This document shows, piece after piece, positions 14,165 through 26,500 of a stretch of DNA of 64,000 nucleotides. The notes under the pieces are model-generated. The model did no database searches, was not told the origin of the DNA, and saw only the letters and a list, made by a program, of their open reading frames with translations. This stretch comes from Mytilus californianus (Eukaryota): the NCBI RefSeq assembly GCF_021869535.1, contig NW_026262669.1, forward strand, positions 8,804,001 through 8,868,000, in the 5' to 3' direction. How positions within the stretch are numbered: position 1 is the stretch's first letter; each line of letters begins with the position of its first letter. Made by a program: the position numbers and the translations under genes.

Positions 14165-17100
14165 TAAGATTAAGTCATATTGGGTTATTATAATTAGAAA
14201 ATTTATTCTGATTTTCAGTAAATTCGACTGATTATGTAGTGAATGCGGTATTATTTCTTGAACAATAAAAAAGAAAAATACATATTCTCAAAGATGACGA
14301 TGAGTAAATCAGGAAATAATAATAACGTCTCTGATATCTGTTCATATGTAAATAACTTATGAATTGAATTGTCTGGAAAAAAATAAAACAAAAACAAAAA
14401 ATACCGAACTTTGAGAAAAATTCTAAACGGAAAGTAACTTATCAAATGATAGTTTGTTTTCAACGTTTTGATATTTAAAAATGATGCTCTTTAATTTGAA
14501 GACGGTTAAAGGTTGTGATGTTCTGATGTAAACATGGTAAACATGAACGTGTATTACACATGTTAATACATATTTAAACATCCTAATATGATTAAACATT
14601 ATGTGCTGTTGGAAAACGTATTTCCTCACAAGGAGATTGTAGAAGGAGATTGTAGCATGTCTACAGGTGATAATGAAATTATAAAAACTTTGACACATTC
14701 TGTACAGGATTATTTACAAAAGTCTAGAATGTATTACTAAGGGATTAATAATAATACGTGTTCGTAATGATCAATTGGGGAATCTTACAGTCCGCAAAAT
14801 CGTAAAACAGTACTTGGGGCTATCATGAACGGTGGACACCAAAGTAAGATGTACATGCCATGATCCTGGGCATTAGGAAAACTATAAAGGATATCTTTAA
14901 TTAATCAAAATCGAAAGGGATCTTTCTTCAATAGATATACACAATTCACCAAATGTCATGAACATTGGAGAAAGCGTCTTTGAGTTTTTTTTCGAAGGAT
15001 TGACGACGACAGACAGACGGTTGAACAATGGTATGCCATATTAGGTTCAGTAAAGGGGCGTTAACAAATCATAAATAGCACACAATATTACAACATGCAT
15101 AAGAATGTGTATTCAGGACATGGCAGAAGGATTTCAATCTCCTCCGATACGAGTTCTGTAAAAAAAGATCGAATTAGAAATACATATGTATGGTAGACGT
15201 GTTTTACATAAATTTAAATTGATCTTATTAAAAATTCTTGAAAACGTATTTCAGCAAAATACGTGCGTATACATTAATAGCTTAACATTACTTGTATTTC
15301 AGATGACTGAACGAGATGGAAAAAAGGCATTAAAATGTAACAAATTTAGGACCGTCAAGGTGACCAATGGAACATTTTAATATCTTTCTTCAAGTTATGT
15401 TTTGTATCACTGGACTTGTGTTATAATTTTTATGTACATGTACCTATGCAAGTTTTTCATGTTAATTTTGTACATGTTTGTACCTTATAGTAATAAGTTA
15501 TGTTAAGGAAAAAAAAGTAGGAACGATCAAATATCATATTTACCGGTAATTATTTTTATCTGTTTCCCTAGAAACTTTTTTTTTGGAGCAATTAAAATGC
15601 AAATTTTTGAAGCAAGGTTTATATTTTATATTTTATAATTTATGAAATGTTGAATATTTGCTGTTCAAATTTTAACATTTTAAATTGTTAAAATGTATTA
15701 AAAGAAACAAAAAATTGACAAAAAAATCCAGCAAAACAAATGACAAACTATATTTATCAATGTGTTATATCCTTGGTAAATGTGCATAGTACTTTCTTTT
15801 GTTTTATTTAAATTTTATTGATCATAATAAGGAGATGTAATTAGATTGTCGGTGAGACAGCTATCTATCTCAGTTCTCTGTGTGCCATTTTACAACAGTA
15901 ACTTTTCACACATCATCAGATTCATGGTGACATATGGTAACAATCTGCTGAAGTGACCTTCTGATTTTTATTTGGTCCAAGTGTTGAAGATGAAAAGGTT
16001 TAGAAGAACCTGCTATCATGACAGATAATAACAATAGAATGTGGTAAGATTGGAAAGAGAATATATGACTAAACTGTAACAACATTGTATATATTTATGT
16101 ATTAGTATGGCAGTTTTAATGTTTGCCTGCTGCATAGGATGTATATGTACTATCCCACCTATGCACTCAAATGAAGTAAAGGTCCTGGAAATGATTTTAA
16201 TTTCGACCATATGCAATGTCATTAAAATCAGTTATAAAAAAAAAATTTCAACTCTGTCAAGAGTTAAACAAAAAATATGCATTTGTCCTTATTGGGCCTA
16301 TTTCATAAGAATACAGTACAAAGTTACACTGTTCTACGATGGGTATCATTCTGTCTAATAATTACGAAAACATCTGGTTTACCTAATTATTAGACCGATT
16401 GATACATACGGCTCCTTGTAGAAGGCCGTACTTTGACCTATTATTGTTAACTTTGTATACATGGTGACTTGGATGGAGAGTTGTCTCATTGGCACTCATA
16501 CCACATCTTCTTATTTATATTATGATTTAACACATTGGTGTCAGTGCTCATAACTAAAGGGTCTGACATTTCCATTTTCTCCCCACAATTGACCATAAGG
16601 GTTCGTATCATAGATGTTTTTGGGAGTTGAAATATATGCCAGTCGACTATATATACAGTTTAGGGTTGATGATGTGAATAGTTTTCAAGATCTTTTAAGT
16701 ATAACGATATATGATATAAATGGAGCGAGGCATGTCGCTGAGGGACAATACTATAGTAAACTAGATAGGTTTATCAAGGCAAATAAAACTATGAATGTTT
16801 AAAGGAAGGAGATTTGTATCATTTTTGAGATATTTACTAATTTATTTGTTTTGAAGGCAGGGGATAATCTGAAGGTACACATTTTTACTTGCATTGGAAT
16901 GGTCTTGTCATGGCAAGAAAGAACATGCTGTTCAGAAATGTTTGCAATATTTTCATTATTGGGAAAATTTCGAAGAGATACAGTTATTGCAACCTTATGC
17001 GTTACTATTTGACGGGAACTTGACTGATTGGTGACGGAAGTTTGACTGATCGGTGACGGAAGTTTGACTGATCGATGAATGAGCGGTGATCGATGACACA

Positions 17101-17349
17101 TAGACTCCGTCAGATACGTCAAACAAGCTTTGTGAGAGTAACCGTAACAACGGTCAGCGATCAATCAGCAAATTATTAAATGCACAGATCGGACGGATAC
17201 GTATATAATTAAAACTCTTATGTAAAACGAACTCTTTGTTCAAAAGTCATCAATCAATTAAGAGAAAACACATCCGGATTAAAAACTAAAACCGAGGGAA
17301 ACACATCAACTATTAGAGGAAAGCAACGGAACAAAATAAACACGAAACT

Positions 17350-18700
17350 GTTGATTTTGGTACTTTTTCTACATCAAGATCGTTTGTTTTTTGCTGAAAT
17401 TTTGGGAAAAGATACTAAATTTTTGTTCGCATTGCTGAAACATGCAAACATATCTTCTTTTATATCAGAAATAATGCAACGTCATTTCCAATCAGTCATT
17501 ATACATGCCTTTAGATTAGTAATCGTGTATAAGATGTGAATTATTTTATGCATAAACTTATGTTTGATTCAGAATGGAAATTATTAACCGCTCATGGGAT
17601 TTTTGTACTTCTTGAACACCAGAATGGGTTGTTTCTTTTCTTTCACAAAATTAAATGAATATCAAAGGAAAGATATTAAAATGTTGTTTGCATTGTTTAA
17701 AATTACCTATATTTCTTGTTTCATATCAGAAATAATGCCACACCATCTGCAGTAAGTTTTTATAAATGCCTTTAGATAAGTAATGTTGTATAAGATGTGA
17801 ATAAAATAAGGATTAATATGCATAAACTTTGGTTTTTGTTGATTAAGAATGCAATAATTTCTTGGTTGTAATGGAAATTATTAACCGCTCATGGGATTTT
17901 TGTCATTTTTGTACATCAGGATGGGTTAGTTTTATTTTCACAAAATAAATGAATATCAGAGGAAAGATATTAAAATGTTGTTTGCATTGTTTAAAATTAC
18001 CTATATTTCTTATTTTATAACAGAAATAATGCAACACCATTTGCAGTAAGTTTGTATAAGATGTGATGAATACTATAAGGATAAAGATACCTAAACTTTT
18101 GTTTGAGTTGCATACGAATGCATTTATTTCTTTGGTTTAATAGAAATCATGAACCTTCATTGGATTTTAGTATTTTTTGTACATCAGGATGGCTTGTTTT
18201 TCAAAAAAAAATAAATGACAATCAAAGAAAAAATACTAAAATGTTGTTCGAATTGTTTGACATTGCCAATATTTCTTCGTGTTATCAAAAATAATGCAAT
18301 GCTATTTGTAATTAGTTATTTCAAAGCCCTCATAATCACTTTTTTCTATAATTTCTTAATGATATAAGGAGAAAAATACTTAAACTTTTGTTTGTGTTGG
18401 ATAAGAATAAGATAATTTCTTTATTCCAATAGAAATTACGAACTGCCATTTGATTTTGGTATTTTTCTACATCAGGATCGTTAATTTTCATAAAATATGC
18501 TTATTTTCAAGGAAAAGATAATAAATGTCTGTTCGCATTGCTTAAGCATGGAAATATATCTTCTTTTATTTCAGAAATAATAAATGCCTTTAGATAAGTA
18601 ATTTTGTATAAGATGTGATTAATTTAAGGATTAATATGCATAAACTTTGTTTTTGTTGATTACGAATGCAAGAATTTCTTTATTTTAATGATTGACAGCT
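17350..18700. repeat. Internal degenerate ~250-300-bp tandem array inside non-autonomous element copy 1
   Basis: The marker ACATCA(A/G)GAT(C/G)G recurs at ~17381, 17617, 17912, 18181 and 18468, each time with TGCCTTTAGATAAGTAAT and similar blocks. Confidence 0.75.
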
Positions 18701-19170
18701 CATGGAAAAAAATATTCACCTCTTTTTTGCCTGTGTACAAGCTTGAGTAACCATGTCACCTCAATTTTCCAAAATATTCTATAGAAACACCAAACAAAAA
18801 AATAATGGTGCTTTGAAACATCCAAGTTATATGATTATGACCAAGACATTTTTTTCTGCAATTACATGTAGGATTAATTTCCTACAACTGTCAAAATCAA
18901 GGGAATATGTTTTTTCGATCCTTTTTCGTATGCAACCGGATGTGACGTACTATGATTTGGTGGTATTACACCTTTATTGAAAATGAAATTTGCAATAAAT
19001 GATCATTTCATTTCATTTTTCAGAGCATTTTCGGATTATTGTTCACAGTCGGGATTAACACTGTTTTAGCAATTTTCGTGTTTGAAAAAAGAATAAGCTA
19101 AACTTAAACGAAAATCACAATTTCTTAATAACATTTTAATTTAGTTGTATCTAACATTGAGAATGGAAAT

Positions 19171-20430
19171 GATTTAACACATTGGTGTCAGTGCTCATAA
19201 CTAAAGGGTCTGACATTTTCATTTTCTCCCCACAATTGACCATAAGGGTTCGTATCATAGATGTTTTTGGGAGTTGAAATATATGCCAGTCGACTATATG
19301 TACAGTTTAGGGTTGATGATGTGAATAGTTTTCAAGATCTTTTAAGTATAACGATATATGATATAAATGGAGCGAGGCATGTCGCTGAAGGACAATACTA
19401 TGGTAAACTAGATTGGTTTATCAAGGCAAATAAAACTATGAATGTTTAAAGGAAGGAGATTTGTATCATTTTTGAGATATTTACTAATTTATTTGTTTTG
19501 AAGGCAGGGGATAATCTGAAGGTACACATTTTTACTTGCATTGGAATGGTCTTGTCATGGCAAGAAAGAACATGCTGTTCAGAAGTGTTTGCAATATTTT
19601 CATTATTGGGAAAATTTCGAAGAGATACAGTACTTGCAACCTTATGCGTTACTATTTGACGGGAACTTGACTGATTGGTGACGGAAGTTTGACTGAAGTT
19701 CGAACTGCCATTTGATTTTGATATTTTTCTACATCAGGATCGTTAATTTTCATAAAATATGCTGATTTTCAAGGAAAAGATACTAAATGTTTGTTCGCAT
19801 TGCTTAAGCATGGAAATATATCTTCTTTTATTTCAGAAATAATAAATGCCTTTAGATAAGTAATTTTGTATAAGATGTGATTAATTTAAGGATTAATATG
19901 CATAAACTTTGTTTTTGTTGATTACGAATGCAAGAATTTCTTTATTTTAATGATTGACCGCTCATGGAAAAAAAAATATTCACCTCTTTTTTGCCTGTGT
20001 ACGAACTTGAGTAACCATGTCACCTCAATTTTCCAAAATATTCTATAGAAACACCAAACAAAAAAATAATGGTGCTTTGAAACATCCAAGTTATATGATT
20101 ATGACCAAGACATTTTTTTCTGCAATTACATGTAGGATTAATTTCCTACAACTGTCAAAATCAAGGGAATATGTTTTTTCGATCCTTTTTCGTATGCAAC
20201 CGGATATGACGTAATATGATTTGGTGGTATTACACCTTTATTGAAAATGAAATTTGCAATAAATGATCATTTCATTTCATTTTTCAGAGCATTTTCGGAT
20301 TATTGTTCACAGTCGGGATTAACACCGTTTTAGCAATCTTCGTGTTTGAAAAAAGAATAAGCTAAACTTAAACGAAAATCACAATTTCTTAATAATATTT
20401 TAATTTAGTTGTATCTAACATTGAGAATGG
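19171..20430 (+). repeat. Recent near-identical tandem re-duplication of 16523-19170 with an internal ~1.4-kb deletion
   Basis: 19171-19695 is near-identical to 16523-17050, and 19696-20430 to 18440-19170; ORFs 16614/19261 and 18753/20017 translate almost identically. Confidence 0.88.
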
Positions 20431-21931
20431 AAATGGGGAATATGTCAAAAAGACAACAATCCGACCAAACAGCAGAAAACATCCGAACTCTGAATGATTA
20501 ATAATAAAATGTTGAGATTCTGTACTTGAACTATTCGTATTTTTCCACGGCGCCATTTTAATCGAATGAAACGCAAATAGGATTCCGTAATTTGTATGAG
20601 TGTGACGTAGTAGAGTTCAGTCCGTCGGAAAGATCAATCTTTCAGATCAGTCCGATCCGTCCGATCAGTCAAATATTTTTACTATAAGTCTGACGGATTG
20701 ATGACCCGAGTTAGACGTGAACTTGATTAATCGGTGACTGATCGATAACTGCTGATTAATCGCTAAAATAGTTACGTCTAAGGTTGCAAGTACTGTAGGC
20801 GTCGCAATAAAAAAATAGTATTAATTGTGATATCAATATTTGCCTGCAGCATGTCCTGAAATGGCAATAAAGAAAGTATATTTGTGGATTGTTTAACAAT
20901 CGCGATGATAAGTGCACGCAATAATTTCTGAATTGGAAGTTGACCTGGAAGGGTAAAGGTCAAAGTCAGAGGTTATATTCTACGGTACCCAACACACTAT
21001 CTTAAGGTGCTGCATCCATATGCCAAATATTAAAAGGTTATTTCAAAGGGTGAAAAGGCTGTTTCCAACATAACAACATGTAGGACTAATGACCTACTGA
21101 CCCATTAATTGAGAATCTTCGTCTTTTTTCTAATTAACATGATTAAGTACTATTATGGTGAAGATATATACAACAGAAACAAACTGTTTTTTGAAAAATA
21201 CACCGAGTAATGGTTGGTATGGTAACCGAACATAAAATAGGGGAGAAGGGACTACATTTCTTTATTATGATCGATTACTTGTATCATGTGTATACAATAA
21301 ACATTCTAAATAAATGGCATTTTGCAATTTGATTCATGTAATATAATTTCAATTTGCCAAAGCATAGTTTTTCTCATATCATATAATGTTCACGACATTT
21401 TGCATTGTTTTTTTTTACTTTTTTTATGCAAAAATTAAAAGAGATACCCAACATTTTTTGTTTTTAACGCTAACATAGTACTAGACTGCCATATAGGTAG
21501 TAAAGCCGTGAGTGTTGGTTTCTTCAGGTGATAAATAGTTAAAAACTGATAAAAAAAAATTGCTCTATTTCTTATACATTTCAGTGATAATTCGTCGTTT
21601 AAGCTCTTATATTGAATTTCATAAGAACAATGTCAAATTCACTAACGATTGTAAAAAATATCAAATATTCACGGTCAGTATGCTATACTGATTTGGTAAA
21701 AGATATTTTTTTAACGAATTATTTGTGTTTCAATGAACACTCCTGCCTTGTGCCCTCTGGCACTGCCTCTTAATAGGTCCTTTTAACCTGACTAAGTACG
21801 ATGATATACGTAAAAATAAGATCCAAGTTTATGTAATTCTAATACATATCGGTTGTCATTTATACAATATGATTCTGTGTTAATTCAGTATAAAGAGTAG
21901 TAGAATAAGACTGAGAAGATATAAAACATCA

Positions 21932-21975
21932 CCTTGTATTCTTTTGCTTCTTTGTCACAGTCGGCTGTGTCAGTA
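21932..21975 (-). pseudogene. 3' remnant of the paralog of the intact ankyrin exon
   Basis: Reads ..TADCDKEAKEYK|GTGATG; the 5' two-thirds is deleted relative to 59147-59248. Confidence 0.7.
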
Positions 21976-22493
21976 TAGTCAGTCGGTTTTTTTCTGTTAA
22001 ATGTCACTGTATTTTTTTTTTTTTTTTTTGGTAAACTAATGTATCCAATATATGTATAAGTTAAGACAAATTAAAAAATAAATACAATTTAACAAGTATT
22101 TGTTGTTTTCAAAATTGTTTGACATCAGATCTGTTTAGTTTAAATATTAATATCTAACTAAGAATATAAACATATCTTGATTTTATCAACAAGTACTATG
22201 AGATGTGTATCCACAAAAGGAATCAGAATCCAAATTCACCATAAAGTATTTGATTCAGATCCATATTGTGAAATGTAAAAACTTCAATCAGAACTGTCAT
22301 TTAAACATTGTTTTATTGATGCCTTTCGATGAGTTACATTAAACCTGTAAAATTACTGTTATCTGACAAAGGAGTTTAAAGTGAAACAACAAAAATATCG
22401 AACTCCGAGGAAAATTCAAAACGGTAAGTCCGTAATCATACACAATCAATCGCTCAAACACATTAAACGAATGGATAGCAACTGTCATATTGT

Positions 22494-22544
22494 CATATGT
22501 ATTTATCCTTCATGGGCAGTAGTACGAAACGGTGTCCTTCCAAT
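22494..22544 (-). pseudogene. 5' half of a decayed ankyrin exon with a premature stop
   Basis: Reads IGRTPFRTTAHEG*, truncated by a host repeat; paralog of 60601-60653. Confidence 0.65.
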
Positions 22545-22919
22545 TTATAATATTAACATATAACACACATCAAATACTGGAACTGGACAGTTTTGTGTAC
22601 ATTAAAGGCAAATTATTACACATGCATTAGTGGTCAAACTGAATAAAATGTCCAGTTCTTCAATAAATCTTGGTTTACATAGACTACAAATACATGTTTT
22701 GGTGTGAGATATCATGACTGTCATTGTATAAAAACATATTTTGAAACACATGAATAAAATATTCTTATCAATGGATTGAGCACTTTATACAATTGTATTT
22801 GTATTGTTATTTTTTGGTTAAACTTGTCTGATTAACACCAAGATAAACTGTCTTTTTATTATAAGTACTGATTTTGATACAAACAAAACGTTTTTCACAG
22901 AATCATACACACCATTGCA

Positions 22920-23960
22920 TAAGTTTTGTGTGAATTTCAGAGATCTTATCAATAAGTTTTGCTTGAATTCAATGTGGTTCAGCTTCAGTGTGTGTATAAC
23001 TATAGGGATTCATCATCATATTGTGTGAGTTCTTAAGGGTTACCCACCAGAGTTAAAAAAATCAGGATGTTAAAAATCACATAGACTACAAATAAATATG
23101 TTTTGTCATTAGACATCAACACTGTTATTATATAAAAAAAACATATTTTGAAAGAATTGGTTGAGCATTTTATATAATAGGTTTTGTTTTGTAGTTAGTT
23201 AAACTTGTCTGATTGACATCAGTATAATGATTATTTAGTATAAGCATTGACGTTTATGGAAGAAAACACAGAATCATACACACCATTGCATAAGTTTTGT
23301 GTGAATTTAAGAGATATTCATTGTAAGGTTTGCTTTAATTCAAGCAATATGTTTATTCATAGGGGTTCATCATCATAAGAAGTGAATTCGTAAAGTTTCA
23401 CCACCAAAAGTTAGAAAATTTGAAGATTCAATCAGTGCTGTGTGAATAAATGAAGTGACATCATACTCGAAGTGTGAATTCATGAGGAGTTATAATCAAT
23501 ACTGTGTAAACTAATGAGGTTCAAGATCAATAATGTGTAAATTTATTGGGATCCACCATCAGTGAAATGTGAATTTATAAAATTCATCATCAGTGGTATT
23601 TGAATTTATATTGATTCGTACTCAGTAACATGTAATAATAAATGCATTCATAATCCGTGCTGTGTGAACTTCTCGTGGTCATTGTTAGTGGTCTGTGAAT
23701 TGGTGAGGATTTATTATCAGAGAAGTGTGAGTGCATCATCAGAGAAGTGATCATTTATGTTGATTCATCATAAGTAAAGTGTGAAAAAATGAAGATTCAT
23801 ATCAGTAAAGTGTGAATGTATGAGGATTCATCATCACTGATGTGTTAATTCATCAAGTAGTGTATCAATGTTTTATGAATTTATCAGGATTCGTAGTGAA
23901 TGATGACATTCCTTGAATTTGATCGGGATTCACTTTCTGTGGTCTGTAAAATCAAAAAGA
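22920..23960. repeat. Degenerate 31-32-bp satellite-like array (paralog of 61030-62080)
   Basis: CAGT(G) recurs at 23560, 23591 and 23623; the tract is unit-for-unit similar to 61030-62080. Confidence 0.8.
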
Positions 23961-24472
23961 CTCAACATTCATATAACCAGGCAGAACTTCAAATCTTGTT
24001 AACAAGCATATTTAGAAAAACATGTCTGTCTGCAATGTTTGCACTCTGTTTTGTAAGGACATGTCATTTTTAACGTTCATCTTGAGTTATTATTGTTCGA
24101 CAATTGATTTTGGTTCTTCAGTAAATTTGACTGTATATGAAGTAAAATACGATATAATTTTCTTTCAAATACAGTCTTGAATAAAAAAGAAATACACATA
24201 TTCTAATAGAAGACGATCAGTACATCAGGAAATGATTATAACATTTCTAGTATCTGTAGATGTAGATTAATGAATTAAATTGTCTAGAAAATGTAGATTG
24301 TTTTCAACTTTTTGGTAATTCGACATACTTAAATGATGCTTTTCAATTTGAAGACCGACAAAGGTTGCGATGTTTGGACAAAAACATGCTAGAAAAGAAC
24401 CTCCATTTTGATATATATTTAAACTTCCAAATATGATTAAACATCGTGTGCTGCAGAGAAACGTTTTTTTAC

Positions 24473-24977
24473 AAGGAGATTACAGAAGGAGATTGTAGAA
24501 AGAGATTGTAGAAGAAGATTGTAGAAGGAGATTGTAGAAGACGATTGTAGAAGGAGATTGTAGAAGGCGATTGTAGAAGGAGATAGTAGAAGGAGATTGT
24601 AGAAGACGATTGTAGAAGGCGATTATAAAAGTAAATTGTAGAAGGCGATTGTAGGAGGCGATTGTAGAAGGAGATTGTAGAAGTATATTGTTGAAGGCGA
24701 TTATAGAATGAGATTGTAGAAAGTGATTTTAGAAGGCGATTGTAACAGGAGATAGTATAAGGAGATTGTAGCAGGAGATGTTAGAAAGAGATTGTAGAAG
24801 GAGATTGTGGAAGACGATTGTAGAAGGAAATTGTAATAGGAGATTGTAGGAGATAGTAGAAGGAGATTGTAGAGGAGATTGTAAAAGGAGATTGTAGAAG
24901 GAAAGTGTACAGGGAGATTGTAGAAGGAGATTGTAGTAGGCGATTGTAGAAGGAGATTGTAGGAGGAGATTGTAGAA
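24473..24977. repeat. 13-bp minisatellite (GAAGG[A/C]GATTGTA)n, ~39 units
   Basis: Directly visible tandem array. Confidence 0.95.
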
Positions 24978-26170
24978 TATTTACAGGTGATAATGAAATC
25001 CTAGAAACTTTGACACATTCTGTACAGGATTATTTACAAAAGTAAATCATTCTGTAATGAGGGATTTTAAATCATAAAAACAATTTGTTGTTGGCTTGTA
25101 ATGACGACAATGAACAAGTATCAAATAAAAGAAGAAACCAGTTGCTTAAACAAAAGCAAGGCAATCTGCTTTCTAATCAAAATCAATCTGTTGAAATTGT
25201 TGTTTAAGAATAATATTTATTTCAATGCCTTAATGTCTCGGGTTAATATTTAAGCTGTTATTTCTGTAATCTACAAAATAAGGAGATGTGGTATTATTCC
25301 CAACGAGAAACCATACAAGAGACCAAAGGAGCATGTCAGATTATCATAGATGTTATCAACACTCATAGAATTCGACTGATTATGCCATAACTTTTTTATT
25401 TATTGGTATCAACATTCATTTGTGGCATTTTTCCACTGGTATTTCTGTCTTGTCTAATAAGTTGTTATTGGCTTGTTAAAAGACAATTGTATTCACTACC
25501 ACTAATAGAAACCTTTGAAGCCTAGTTTTCTTTATTTCTGATTTTGAAGCACCCGATACAATCAAGTCAACGTGTCATACGTATCTTAAAACTTGTAGAA
25601 TATTAATATATGCATATTGCCGTCCAGGAAAAATATAAATTTTTAATTATTACTTTTTACTTTTACATTAAATTGGCGGCCAGTGTAACAAAGGAAAACA
25701 TTTACTTATTTTTCACAGTTATATATTCATTTTGTATTCACAAGATATTCGAAATAATATCATATGAAAGATCAAATTAGTTCAACTCACAAAGTTTCAA
25801 AAAAAGTAATATTTCATAGATTTCCCTATAAAATGAGATCAATTTTTATACAATATTAAGTGAAAAAAACAACAAAAAATTATTTTTAATAAACATATTT
25901 GAATTGAGACTTTAAATATTTAATTAGAATACTTTAAATGATAACGGTTTTATAAAATTTTATGCAAAGGAAATCATGTAAAAGATGGCTTTAAGTAAAA
26001 AAATGTCTAAAAGTGTAGATTTGTGGCAAAAAAAGGGAAACGTTTAACTTTTGAGACTTCAGATTTAAATTTTTCATCCGAGAAACTTCATTATTTTAGT
26101 ATCTATCTAGACACGTGCAAACACATTAAACATTTTCCATATATGACCTATGATTGAAGAATAGTATACT

Positions 26171-26500
26171 AAAATTCTATTGTCGACTGAAGAGTCATGC
26201 TATCAGTATCAAAGATCAATACATCATCAATTTCGCGGTCCAGTGAAGCTTTGATAAAAAAATATCATATACAGTATAGGTTAGGAAACGTACCGTATTC
26301 CGGTAAAAAAACAAAAAATATGTAGAATTGTTCTAATGTATTGATCTGTATTAATATTACTTACTTTATAGATATAGTTTATTGAATATCTTTCCCTAGA
26401 TATTCAATAACTAATTTAAAGGGATACTTAATTGAAGCTGTAGATTGAGTAAATTGTTAACAGCAAAGGTGCAATAAAATTGATTAATTAAAAAAAGAAA
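26171..26500 (+). mobile_element. 330-bp retroposed insert (LINE 3' end or retrocopied 3' UTR) with 15-bp TSD
   Basis: GAAGAATAGTATACT occurs at 26156-26170 and 26501-26515; the paralogous empty site at ~44214 has one copy. The insert ends with AATAAA (26473) and an A-rich tail. Confidence 0.85.

Larger units (their letters stand above)
16981..20795. mobile_element. Non-autonomous Tc1/mariner-type element, copy 1 (TIR CAGTACTTGCAACCTTA...), TA-flanked
   Basis: Left end TA|CAGTTATTGCAACCTTATGCGTTACTATTT (16981; a duplicated left end with CAGTACTTG lies at 19628). Right end AAATAGTTACGTCTAAGGTTGCAAGTACTG|TA (20766-20795), matching the 19628 end at 27/30. The flanks rejoin to the empty site GAGA-TA-GGTGTC at 35931-35942. 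Confidence 0.88.
16523..25040 (+). repeat. Segmental duplication A, copy 1 (paralog 52905-63830)
   Basis: Collinear shared blocks: TTTAACACATTGGTGTCAGTGCTC start, non-autonomous TE, ANK exon remnants, 31-bp array, 13-mer array and GGTGATAATGAAAT end. Confidence 0.88.

Noticed and set aside
14423-14698. Minus-strand ORFs in module E (also 7735-7929) as a decayed NTPase/winged-helix exon
   Set aside because: The resemblance is too vague, and the frames differ among paralogs.
16799-17164. 121-aa and 116-aa (53140-53490) minus-strand ORFs
   Set aside because: They cross the TIR junction of the non-autonomous element, so they are chimeric chance frames.
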